A stretch of DNA of 63,066 bases, the filler included, from Ministeria vibrans ATCC 50519 (lineage: Eukaryota > Protista > Filasterea), in the NCBI GenBank assembly GCA_943704425.1. It is 7 parts of 7 records of this genome, joined end to end, with 100 filler letters (N's around TTAATTAATTAA, not from the genome) between each part and the next. Parts side by side here need not be neighbours in the genome. Positions count along the whole stretch, not along the records: positions 15,761 to 39,559 come from CALSCP010000245.1; positions 39,660 to 53,349 come from CALSCP010001825.1; 5 more parts are not named here. One strand, 5' to 3'. Each line of letters starts with the position of its first letter. Positions within the stretch are counted from its first letter, which is position 1. Shown one piece after another: positions 30,501-41,979 of this stretch. The notes beneath the pieces were generated by a model, which saw only the letters and a program-made list of their open reading frames with translations, searched no databases and was not told the DNA's origin. The position numbers and the translations under genes are program-made.

Positions 30501-32876
30501 TCGTTGCAGGTGTACCGGGGGTTTTGGAAATGGTCTTTTGGCGCGCAACAGGCGCCTCTGTCTTCTTGACACCTGTCGAGGCAAGCATTTGCGCGATCTC
30601 GACCTCAGTGTTGTCAAAGAGCGCCTCGATTTGAGCCATTTCGCGCTCGGCATCAAAGGCACCTGACTTCTTGTTCTCCTCCTCCTCCTTGGTGTGCAGG
30701 GCCGTGGTGATTTTGCTACGGCCCATCCAGGCGGGCAGTTTGCGGTTGGGGTCCTGAGCCTGGGCACCGACCTTCTTGGGTGGCGCAGGCGATGAGGGGG
30801 GCGAGACCGTGAAGGGCTCGACCACGGCTGTGGTGGACGCCGGTGTAGAGACAACCACCTTGCGTGTGGTTGCTGAGGCAATGGACGCGGAAGCAACGAC
30901 AGGCGGTTTGGAGTTGGCAGCGAGCGGCTCGGCTTTGATGGTGGGGGGAGGTGGAGGTGGCGGAGGCGGAGGAAGTGACTCAGTCGGTTCCTCTACTGCT
31001 GGCGGAGGCGGAGGAGGTGGAGGAGGTGGAGACGATGCGACCACGGGAGGAGAAGTCTTTTCCGTTGCTTCCTCTTTTACCGCTGGCGGTGGCGGTGGAG
31101 GTGGAGGAGGCGGGGGTGATGAGGCGGCAACAGCGACAGCAGTAGCAGCGACTGCGGTAACTGCGACAGTCTTCGTCTCGGCGACGGGCGGTGGAGGTGG
31201 AGGGGGCGGAGGGGGGAGATCGCTCGCGGGTTCCAAGGCTGCTGCTGGTGCTGGTGCTGGTGGCGGCGGCGGTGGCGGTGGTGGTGGAAGAGAAGGAGAA
31301 GAGGCGTCGGAAGACGACGGCACTGCTTCGGGTGCGGGTGGAGGAGGAGGGGGTGGAGGAGGGGGCGTCGCCGAGTCGGTATCGTCGTTGGACGGAGGTG
31401 GAGGTGGCGGCGGTGGAGGGGGGAGATCAGCGGGAAGGTCTACGGGAGTGTCGTCGGTGGGAGGAGGGGGTGGTGGAGGTGGTGCGAGGATGTCCTCCTC
31501 TTCCTCCGCGACCATGTCCATGTCGGAGAAGGATGGTACGCCACGACGGTCGTCGCCATCACCCTGAGACTTGCCCGCCAGCATGGCTCCAAGAGCCTCA
31601 TCTTCTTCGATGTCCTCGTAATCTTCGTCAGAGGCAGCGTCGTCGTCCGAGTCCTCGACGGTCGAGGCGGTCGTCGCAACCACAGCTGGAGCAAATTTGC
31701 GCTTTTTGTCAAAATCGGCCTGTTTCTTGCGCTCCTCGGCCGCTTTCGCCTCGAGCGCTGCAAAGGCCGCAATGCGATTCTTCGCGGCGTCCTTTTCCAG
31801 CGACTTCTTCTTCTTTCCAGCGAACAAGCTGCCCTTGCGACTGGGCTTCTTGCTCAACTTAGACGTGCTCGTCTTGGTCGGAGCCGCTACAGGCGGAGGT
31901 GGCGCGGCAGCGGGTGCTGCTGGTGTTGGATCATCGTCACCCCATGAAAAGCTAAATGCACTCTTCCACTCTCCATTCGCCTTGTTTTTCGAAGCGTCAA
32001 CCGCTTGATTCTACAAAGGAGACACCACACAAGTGAAAAGTGTGAGTGAGACGAATGCGTTGTCTGTGTGCGTCGCTGTACCTTCTCCCACAGCTCTTCG
32101 GCAGTCTTTCCAAGCTTGGCCAAGAGCGGACTCTGTTTGACAATGGGCTCACCGTCAGCGTCCAGCTCGGCAGAGGGCTCGTCCACATCCGTCTTGCCTG
32201 TGGCGGGTGGAAAACGGTGAGTGCAATCAATTTTGATGAACCCGAGGTGAGAAAAAATTAGTATACGCTGAGGTACAAACAAGCAGTTGGTCGGAGGGGA
32301 GAGTTATGGCAATTATCAAAGTATTTGTTGAAGATTGAGGCCAAATGGGAGGGTAGAAATGGCGAGATGGGCGAAAACATCAATGATGACGACGGCAATT
32401 TTTTTTTTGCCAAAAAGGCACGTCAGGACGGAAGGAGGGGCCGTTAGCAGGGCGGTGCAGTGGCGCAGGGATCACAGCGTAAGTCTTGGAGACAACGCGA
32501 CGGTGCGTAAACGCGGGCATCAATGAACTTGGTCGTCAAATCGGGCAATCGCCGCAAACGGATTATAAAAAGGTCAAGACGCCAGATTGAAAAAAACAGA
32601 GAGCCTTTTGAGCAATGATGCAACGCGGATGGCACTATGCAGAGGCTGGGAGACGGGCCGATGGCGGGATGGGCACCGGAAATCAACGAGAAATTCGCAA
32701 GCGAGAAGGTGTAAAAAAAAAAAAAGAAAAAAAAGGAGAGATTGGCTTGACAGGGAGTTGTTTGGCGGGTGGGGGAGCAGAGGGTTGGCTGTAGAGTCGG
32801 GTGTACCTATGATGACAAGCCTCGGCCCGTACGATGGGTCCCAGTCCTCGTCGGTAGGCTTTGGTTTCCGACTCAT
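27517..32876 (-). CDS. Large polyproline/coiled-coil protein with a C-terminal helical bundle (putative actin-associated scaffold)
   Basis: Exon 1 MSRKPKPTDEDWDPSYGPRLVIIG splices in phase to KTDVDEP. The 1446-aa ORF has many poly-Pro tracts and a central coiled coil. Confidence 0.75.
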
Positions 32877-33219
32877 CAAATCTAAATTTGGTGACTTTTT
32901 GACCGCGACGACGTGAGCAGAATCGGACTTTTCGATGCGGAGCAAAAATCAGATCAGTTGACGGCAGTCAATGCGAAAAGAGACTATAGGTGTGTTTCGC
33001 GGACGACAGCAGGTATAGGTGCAAAAAAAATTGAAATGAAATAAATAGTTTGAGTATTACTATTAATTTTAATATATTTTCAGCTGAGTAGTAAAATAAT
33101 TGGTATCTTCGTGTAAAAATCACGAGTTGCATCCTATGAGTAATGAGAATTGTCATTTGTCAAGTCAAGTGTCACATTTTGTCAGTTGGGATTAAATAGT
33201 TAATGTTGATTAATAGTCC

Positions 33220-33350
33220 ATTAATCATTAGAAGAAGAATACAACCCATTAATCATTAGAAGAAGAAGAAGAATACAACCCATTTATTAATGATACAGTC
33301 ACCACGCGAAGGAAGAATACAACCTATTTATCATTAGAAGAAGAATATGA
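33220..33350 (+). repeat. Dispersed AT-rich repeat (gaagaatacaacccatttattaatgatacagtcaccacgcg)
   Basis: Internally repeated. A second copy lies at 55575-55670 and a partial inverted copy near 14818-14845. Confidence 0.8.
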
Positions 33351-33586
33351 TTGATATTTATCTCGCCCTCAACATTATGTGAATGAAAATGAGAAGAAAA
33401 GAAGTAAGAAATCAAGTTTACAAGGGAGTTTACGCGTTTGGACCTCTTACATCACGACCACAGAAGCCAGAAAAAGAGTTTCAATTTCTGTGTGTGTCAG
33501 TGTATGTGAAGTGTGAAAGCGAAAAAGAAAAATTTAATGAAAAAAAAAACTATTATTGTTTATTGATTAGCGCTTCTTCCTTTTTC

Positions 33587-35966
33587 TTAGCGCTTCTTGC
33601 ACAGCTCCAGATCGGTGCACAACTACATTATAAAATATAATTATTGAGATTTTTTTGTCGTGTTTGACTTTTTTTTTTTTTTTTTTTTTTTTNNNNNNNN
33701 NNAAAGACAGAATAAAGTCTTATTCGAAATAATAAATAATCTTGGGCTGAATGTCGTTGGCAAGACCCGAGAGGGCGGCGGGGCCGTACTGGTGGAGGAG
33801 GTCGGTGCAGGCAGCCTGGAGGACGGTAGGCAGGTCGTCGCAGACCTTGACGAGAACATCGACAATTTCGTGTTGGGTCTTGTTAGACTGGAGCTCCTGG
33901 GCAAGGGTGGTGAAGACGAGCTCGCAGAGAGCGCAGTCGTTGAGCTTGACAGCAACAACCGCCTTGCTGTTCTTGCACAGACCAATTTCAGAGCACACTT
34001 GGCTGGGCTGCAGGTGCTTTGCCACGAGTGCTTGAATGACAAGCGGGCCGTAGGTGAAGACGAATTCGTCGCAGACCTTGCGCAGGGAGCCTGGAAGGAC
34101 GTTGCACACATGCTCGACGGCATCAACAATCTCAGTTTCGGTCGAGTTGGACGTGAGAAACTTGTCGAGTTCCTTGAGGGCAAACTCGCAAATGACACAG
34201 CCGACGTCCTCGGGAGCAGTGACCAGGCTGATGGTGGTGGAGCACATACCAATGCTGGTGCACACTTGCTTGGGATTGATCTTGTTGACAATGGCGTTGA
34301 TAATGTAAGGACCGTACTCGAAGACGAATGCGTCGCAGGCCTTGCGGAGGGAACCTGGCAGAACATTGCAGACGTGCTCGACGGCATCGATGATCTCGGT
34401 CTCGGTCGAGTTCTCCGTGAGGAACTTGTCGAGCTCGGAGAGGATAAACTCACACAGGGGACAGTCGACACCATTGGACTCGGCGACCGCCTTGACAGGC
34501 ACAGCACGCGCCATCGAGTTGCACAGGCCAATGGCAGTGCACACCTGGCTGGGCTTGAGGTGCTTGTTGACAAGGTTGTCGATGATCTTGGGGCCGAACA
34601 GCTGCATGAGTTCCTTGCAGTCCTTCTCAATTGTCTTGGGCAGAATGTCGCACACGTTGTCGACAATGTTGATAATGTCGTGCTCCGTGCTGTTCGACGT
34701 GATCTTCTACACTCACATAAATAAATAAAAGAGTCAGCACAATAAAAAACAAGATCGCTTTTTTGATACATGTATGATAATACCTTGTCGACTTCGCGCA
34801 TGGCAAACTCACAGATGGGACACAGAGCACCCTCTGGGGCAGCGACCTTGGCAACCTTGACCGACTTGCACACGCCAATGGCACTGCACACCTGGTTGGG
34901 CTGCAGGTGCTTGGCCACGAGCGCATTGATCACCTTGGGTCCGTACTCGAAGACAAAGTGGTCGCAGATCTTGCGGATGGAACCCGGAAGGACGTTGCAC
35001 ACATGCTCGACAGCGTCGACAATCTCAGTCTCAGTCGAGTTAGACGTGAGGAACTTGTCGAGTTCCTTCAGGGCAAACTCGCACACGACACACTCAACGT
35101 CGTTCTTAGGGGCAACCACAGCCTTGACCGATGAGCACAGGCCAATGGCAGTACACACCTAAAACACACAGAAAGAATAAGGCGATGAAAAAGAGAAACA
35201 GTTTCGACTTTGTGCGCACACCTGGCTGGGCTGGAGGTGCTTGTTCACGAGTGCATCAATAATCTTGGGGCCAAACAACTGCATGAGTTCCTTGCAGTCC
35301 TTCTCAATTGTCTTGGGCAGAATGTCACAGACGTTGTCGACAATGTTGATAATGTCGTGCTCCGTGCTGTTGGCGGTGATCTTCTACACTCACAATTTTT
35401 TTTACAGAGTTATTCCAAATTAAACATTCTCTTGCAGTCTTACCTTGTCGACCTCACGCATGGCGTACTCGCAGATGGGGCAGAAGATACCCTCGGGCGC
35501 ATCAATCTTGACAGGAGCAACACGGTCCATCTTGCAGGCACCGATACCCGAGCACACCTGGTGCGGCTGCAGGTGCTTGGCCACGAGCGCATTGATGATC
35601 TTGGGGCCAAAGTCAAAGACAAAGGCATCGCAGACCTTGCGGATGGAACCCGGAAGGACGTTGCACACATGCTCGACAGCGTCGACAATCTCAGTCTCAG
35701 TCGAGTTGGACGTGAGAAACTTGTCGAGTTCCTTCAGGGCAAACTCGCACACGACACACTCGACGTCACCCTGGGGAGCGACGACCTTCTTGGCGTCGCA
35801 AACACCAATCGAAGTGCAGACCTGGACAAATCCAAATAATGAGTCACACACTCTACAGTAGACATTGGCCTACCTGGCTGGGCTGGAGGTGCTTGTTGAC
35901 AAGGGCATCGATGATCTTGGGACCAAAGAGTTGCATAAAGTCTTTGCAGTCTTTCTGTTCAGAGCG

Positions 35967-36018
<52 letters not shown>

Positions 36019-37118
36019 CAAGGTGATGTACCTGGCTGGGCTTGAGGTGCTTGTTGACAAGGTTGTCGATGATCTTGGGGCCAAACAACTGCATGAGTTC
36101 CTTGCAGTCCTTCTCAATTGTCTTGGGCAGAATGTCGCACACGTTGTCGACAATGCTGATAATCTCGTGCTCGGTGCTGTTCGACGTGATCTTCTACACT
36201 CACATAAATAAATAAAAGAGTCAACACAAAAAAAAAAAAAAAACGATGGCTTTTTGATACATTTTGTATGATACCTTGTCGACTTCGCGCATGGCAAACT
36301 CACAGATGGGGCAGAAGACACCCTCGGGCGCATCAATCTTGACAGGAGCAACACGGTTCATCTTGCAGGCACCGATAGACGAGCACACCTGGTTGGGCTG
36401 CAGGTGCTTGGCCACGAGCGAATTGATGATCTTGGGGCCAAAGTCAAAGACAAAGGCATCGCAGACCTTGCGGATGGAACCCGGAAGGACGTTGCACACA
36501 TGCTCGACAGCGTCGACAATCTCAGTCTCAGTNNNNNNNNAAAAAAAAAAAAAAAAAAAAAAAAGTAGGACGGTTGGAGAAAAAAGATAACTCCTAACGT
36601 CAAGAAGAGGTCGTACCTCAATGGTCTTGGGCAGGATGTCACAGACGTTGTCGACAATGTTAATAATGTCATGCTCGGTGCTGTTGGCGGTGATTTTCTG
36701 CTCGGACGAGACAGAAACAGAAAGATAAAGAACAATGAAGAAAAAAAAATCAAAGACGGATGAGTAGGGCAAAATGGAGGGAGATTCGCTTACGCCATCA
36801 ATGGTCTTCATGACATACTCGCAAATGGGACAGAGAAGACCGTCCGGCTTAGAGACGGGAAGTGCGAAACCTGTCAATGCCAAAAACCACATGATTAGCT
36901 CTTGCAGGACCTTTTGCGAACGATTGACCCTCGTCAAGTAGCACAGTGCACATGTACAATGCATACGCAGAGAAACCATGACGAATGGGAAGCATTTAAG
37001 GGGGAGTTGCGCGAGACTGGTATTATTTTTTTTTGAGTCTCAAGACACACACACACACACTTCTTTGCTTACTCGAGGCAACAAGTGCGCTGAGCAAGAC
37101 GACGACGAGGAGCTTCAT
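33587..37118 (-). CDS. Prosaposin-like secreted/lysosomal protein with about 8-10 saposin-B domains
   Basis: Signal peptide MKLLVVVLLSALVASS, then repeated CxxCE...NSTE..I...V..VC..LP....C...GP.II..L....P..VC..IG.C units. The assembly is disturbed near 36000-36540. Confidence 0.88.
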
Positions 37119-38097
37119 CTTGGAAATACGAAAAAATTTATTCACAATTGAAAATTTGACAATGATAAAAACTCGCTCTCATTTTTGCGAGCACTCTCTC
37201 TCTCTCACCCCTCCTCCACCCTGAGTCCCTGACACTCTCAACCACGACCTCGTGACGTTGTCACCATAAAAATCGCATTCTCCACCGCGGTTCAGCCGCG
37301 GACCCCGCGGTGTTCACATTGGCAATGTATGATGGCCAAGCCGACAGGTTGATCTTTTCCCTCCAAACTTCAAGGCCCACATACACGTAACACGTCATAC
37401 AGTTACAGTTGGTTTTGGAGTTTTGGTCGCTTCACGCTTGTAACACACACAGACGTGACACGTCCAAGGTGTAAAACCTCGACTGAGAGGGTCTCCTCAC
37501 TCACCACAGACCAACAGTAACTGTCTGTCCAACATCTCGTCTGCGCAATCAGTAGACCTGACGGCGCGTGTTGACTTGTTCTGCGTCTCTCTCACACCAA
37601 CTCGGGGGATTCAAACCACTCCGCAGAGGAAGTAGCGTCTAGAGAGGAGCGGAGAAGTTCCGCACTTGTCCAAATCAGCACAGCATGGTCGCTACACCAC
37701 TACACCAATATACCCAATGACATGATTGCTATCCGAGGTGAACACCCGTTTTGAATAAATTTAGCGCGGAGGGTCAGCGCCTCCCATGTCATCCCGAACG
37801 AAGAAGTCATCCCACCCGCAACCCACAAATCCACCGTCAGCTTCACCGCCGACGCCGACGATGATGATGGTTTGCCTAATGAACATCAACGATAGATCAT
37901 GGCCACATCGAGCAGAAGTCAACGTTCTTCACAATAGCGAGAGAGTGGTTCGAGTTCAGTAAGAAGGAAGGATTTGCTTTTTAAGAGATCAAAATATATT
38001 GAAATCAAATTTCTCAAGTCTCAACTAACGTTTACTTTTTTCACCAATCTCGGAAAAAAAGTTACCCTCAACATTCATCGATACTCACACAGTCATC

Positions 38098-38580
38098 ATG
38101 CCCCCGAAGAAGGAAGAATACAAGGTGAGAAGCGCCCCACTTGGTTTTTCGCGGCAAAAACTTCATCGCCCCACACGAGAAATATGTCCACTGACAGCTG
38201 TCGTCTGCAGGCGAAGCCCAACACCAAGGGTGAGATGAACAAGCCTAAAGGCGGCAAGGCCAAGGACGCTGAGGTACGCCATCATCCTTTCTGCTGCGTT
38301 TTTTTTTTTTTTACATCAAATTTCCAAAAAATGAGCGAAATTGTAGTGCGAAATTCACCTCTCATAAGCCGTTTATTTCTTGTTACGCCGCCGCCAATGC
38401 TACAGTGTCTGCCTCCATGTGATATCTACCGTCTTAAATTCTCTCGTTTTCAACGTCGCTTTGAAAATTTGTCATTTTTAAGGATTCTCTTTTTTTTTCT
38501 CACATTTTTTTTTTTTGCTTCTTCTCTTTTCTCAGCGTGCCAAGAACAAGGCAAAGAAGGAGGCCAAGGCCGCAAAATAA
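38098..38580 (+). CDS. 44-aa Lys-rich microprotein, 3 exons
   Basis: Exons 38098-38124, 38211-38273 and 38536-38580 with phase-0 GT-AG introns give MPPKKEEYKAKPNTKGEMNKPKGGKAKDAERAKNKAKKEAKAAK*. Confidence 0.7.
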
Positions 38581-38700
38581 TTGATAATACTCAATACAGT
38601 TTTTTTCACAATGATGCTATGAATAATTATAGTAATATTATTATATAAACGTCTTCATTCGTACGTCTGTTGTCGTGTACGTTCGTCATGGGGTGTGTGA

Positions 38701-39487
38701 CTACGCCGAAAGTGATCTTGAGAAGAAGTCGAAGATGGCGTCAAAGGCATAGTGTGAGGTCTCCTCGTGGCGGGTGGCACCGGCGGAGCGCATGCCAGGG
38801 CGTAGGACGGTATCGACGGGCTCGGGCGACGTGACCCAGTTGATGGCACGAGCGCGCAAGAAGGCTCGCGTGGCGTCGGAATGACCATGGCTGCTGTGGA
38901 CACTGTCGGTGAAGGCGATGTGTGCGACTCGTTCGCTCACGCTCGTCATGTCCTCGTCCAAAAGAGCCGCTGTTGCTACGCCGCCGTACGAGTGGGCCAC
39001 AATGTCCACTACGCGAGCCTATAGGAAGAAAATGATGGTGAGAGAGCTGCTTCAAGTGTATCCACACACATGAACAGCGAAACGTACTTGCGACTTGGCC
39101 ACGACAAATTGACGCCACACTGTCTGTACGTGTTGTTCGGGACTACGCGAACCGCTGATGCGCTTGCGCTGTCCGTCTACGTCCATCACCGTCGAATGAT
39201 TCGTGTTGAGCACAAGCACCCCATAGCCTAGCTCTATCGCTCGCTTAATGTAAGGCAGTTGGGTGCCGGAGGCGAGCGAGTCGTTGATGATGAGACGTCG
39301 CGCCCACTGGCCCGCCCGCACCACTCCCGCCCCATGGATCAGCAGCATGAGCTTGTCCTTGGTCTCATAGCCAGGGGATTGGAAGATGAACGATTTGAGC
39401 TCGCCGTCGCCCACAGACACCCGCTCGAGGCCGGCGTCCGTCTCGAGCAGTCCGTAGACATGTTCCGTAATCACTTCGCCCAACGCC
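38701..39487 (-). CDS. FAM172A: FAM172A/ARB2A-like alpha/beta-hydrolase fold protein (5' end truncated)
   Basis: ALGEVITEHVY...KLMLLIHGAGVVRAGQWARRLIINDSL.GTQLPYIKRA...IVAHSYGG...IAFTDSVH...SAGATRHEETS. Confidence 0.9.
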
Positions 39488-40605
39488 TGAAAAAACGACA
39501 CTCCGTCAATCCCCACGGATGTCGACCTCATCGGTCGCTCGGCGGACGTCATCGCGGCGNNNNNNNNNNNNNNNNNNNNNNNNNNNNNNNNNNNNNNNNN
39601 NNNTTAATTAATTAANNNNNNNNNNNNNNNNNNNNNNNNNNNNNNNNNNNNNNNNNNNNCGGGACGTACGCCGCAGCTCATTCCAAGCAAAAGGAGAGAA
39701 TGGAGCTTAAAGGACTATCGGTGGTGGGTAGGAGGGTACCTGGACGTGGACGAGTGTAGTCTGACGTGCGGGGGCAGGTGGGCGGAGAGAAGGGTGCTCT
39801 GGTGAGAGTGACGGGGTAAAGGAACAGTCACGGCTGAAGTTGAAGAGCGCATCGGCAGCGCATCGGCATGCGAGGGCCCCAGGGAGCCCGCTGACTCGGT
39901 GAAGGCCCTCACGCGAGTCTTGGGGACGGCGTCGGCGACGTCGAAGGGACGCATTGCGTCTGCTTGCGACACGGAATTGCGCCGTCTGAAGAGGAAGGAG
40001 CGCAAAGAGTGGTGAGTTGTTGTGCGTTGCGTTGGGGGGAGGACAGGACAGGGCGGTGGGAGGGAGGGGAGGGGGTGCAGCAAGACGACGCGGTGGGGGG
40101 AGGGAGGGCAGGGGCGCGGGCAAGCTGGAGACACTCGCGAGGCGCAGGAGACGGTCCAAGGGAGTCGGACGGCGGTGGGGCGCGACAGGGGTGACCGCAA
40201 ATAGTCTGCCCGTGAAACAAACTCCCGAGGGTGTGTGCGTTGGCCGGGCGCGCAAAACCCAAGCCGTGGGGTCTGTCTCCACCCCCTGCGCATGCAGGAA
40301 TTGGCGTATGCGCTCTTGCGAGTGCACAAAGTGCCATTTTTTTTCTTTTTTCTTCTGCAGTTCTCTTCTTTTTGAACTTACTCGGGTGGCAGTATAGGAG
40401 GACTGAAGTCTCCTCTGGGGTGATGGGAGCTCATCTCACGTGACCCAGTCGCCGCTCAGGGAGCGGAGTTCGTATCTGGGGGTTTAGAAGAGGAGATGAG
40501 TGAGAAAGAAAGTGAATCAATAGTTAGTAGTTTCAATACTCAGATAATTATTTCAATTTTTCAATCACCACCCAGATTCAGTTCGTTTGCTTTCTTTTTG
40601 TTGTG

Positions 40606-41561
40606 ATGGGAAGCCGTGATGACGATCCGTCGAATGCGGAGCTGTTGCACAGCATCGAAGACATTTTGGATGGAGTTGATCTGCAAAAGTGGAGTGTGAA
40701 ACGCGTAATCAGAAAGAGAGAGAGAGAGCGAAAAACGCGCTTGACATTGTGTGAGGGATTCTCTGTGGACAGGTGCGCCAACGGCTGGAGTCAGACTACA
40801 ACGTGTCGCTTCGGAGCCGGCGGGCGTACCTTGAAGTGGCGGTGCTCAAGACAGTGCGGGATGTGCAGGCCAAGACGGCTCTGGCTCAGGCTCAGCTGGA
40901 GAGCGACGACGACGACGCCGACGCCGAGGAGGACTCCGCCGTCGTCAGTCTGCTGGGCATGGCCAAGCCACCTGAGCCCGTCGACTCGGTATATTGCCGC
41001 ACAAGCGACTTTTCTCTTTCTAACTCTCTCTCTCTCTCCCTCTCTCTTTTTTTTCTTTTTTTTTCCTCTTTTTGTACGTCTCGTCTCTTCTCTTTCGCTC
41101 TCTCTCTACTTTAGACCAAAGGAACTAGCGCGTTGACACGAAGCTACCAGCTCAGTCCAGAACTGGCTGCTCTCGTTGGCTTCCGTGAGCTCACCCGCCC
41201 CAAAGTCTCACAGGAGGTCTGGCGTGTGATTCGCGAGCGCAAATTCAAAGTACGTTGTTGTGTGTGTCTCTCGATTATTTTCAACTCAGCTCAACCAAAA
41301 AAAAAAAAAAAAAAAACAAAAACCAACACAACAACAGGACCCAAAGGATGGACGGCGGTTCATATGTACCGATCCCGCGATGAAGCGGGTGTTCCGGGAG
41401 CCGCGAGTGCACATGTTCGATATGAACAAGATCATTTCGTACCATTTGCTCGATGACAAAGGACGCCGACTCAAACCGTTTCCCAGTCCTGAAGATCTTC
41501 CCAACTCCGTTGGGTAAGTAGCGAAACACAAAAACCAACAGTGATGAACCTGACGGGTTCA

Positions 41562-41605
<44 letters not shown>

Positions 41606-41935
41606 TCTGAATGTGTTGTCTTGTTTGTTCCCTTCTTATTCTGATAGGACTGGTGATGCGCCCATTTCGGTGACTGCCAAGAGCAAGAAAAAATCGGCAG
41701 AGTATGTCATTTTATTATTATAATATTATTATAGTATTATAAGAATATAATAATAATAATAAATTTATTTTTGACGGATTCATCGGAATTTTTTTTAGAG
41801 AGAATGAAGAGGAGCCGAGTCGAAAGCGACCGCGACTGGCGTCAAACAACTCAGAAGCAACCAGGTAAGGAAAGAGTGTGTTTGTGTGTCTGTTTGTGTG
41901 CGTGCGTGTGTGCGTGTGGGTATGGGTGTGTCTTG

Positions 41936-41979
<44 letters not shown>

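Noticed and set aside
27517-31857. Formin or WASP call for the polyproline protein
   Set aside because: No FH2, WH1, CRIB or VCA motifs are recognisable.
37245-37470. ACGT-core motifs and a GC hairpin upstream of the saposin gene (CLEAR-like or ncRNA)
   Set aside because: There is no exact TCACGTGA site and no recognisable RNA family, so support is too weak.
39660-40440. GC-rich ORFs on the minus strand
   Set aside because: This may be the 5' end of a gene, but I found no consistent exon model or domain.
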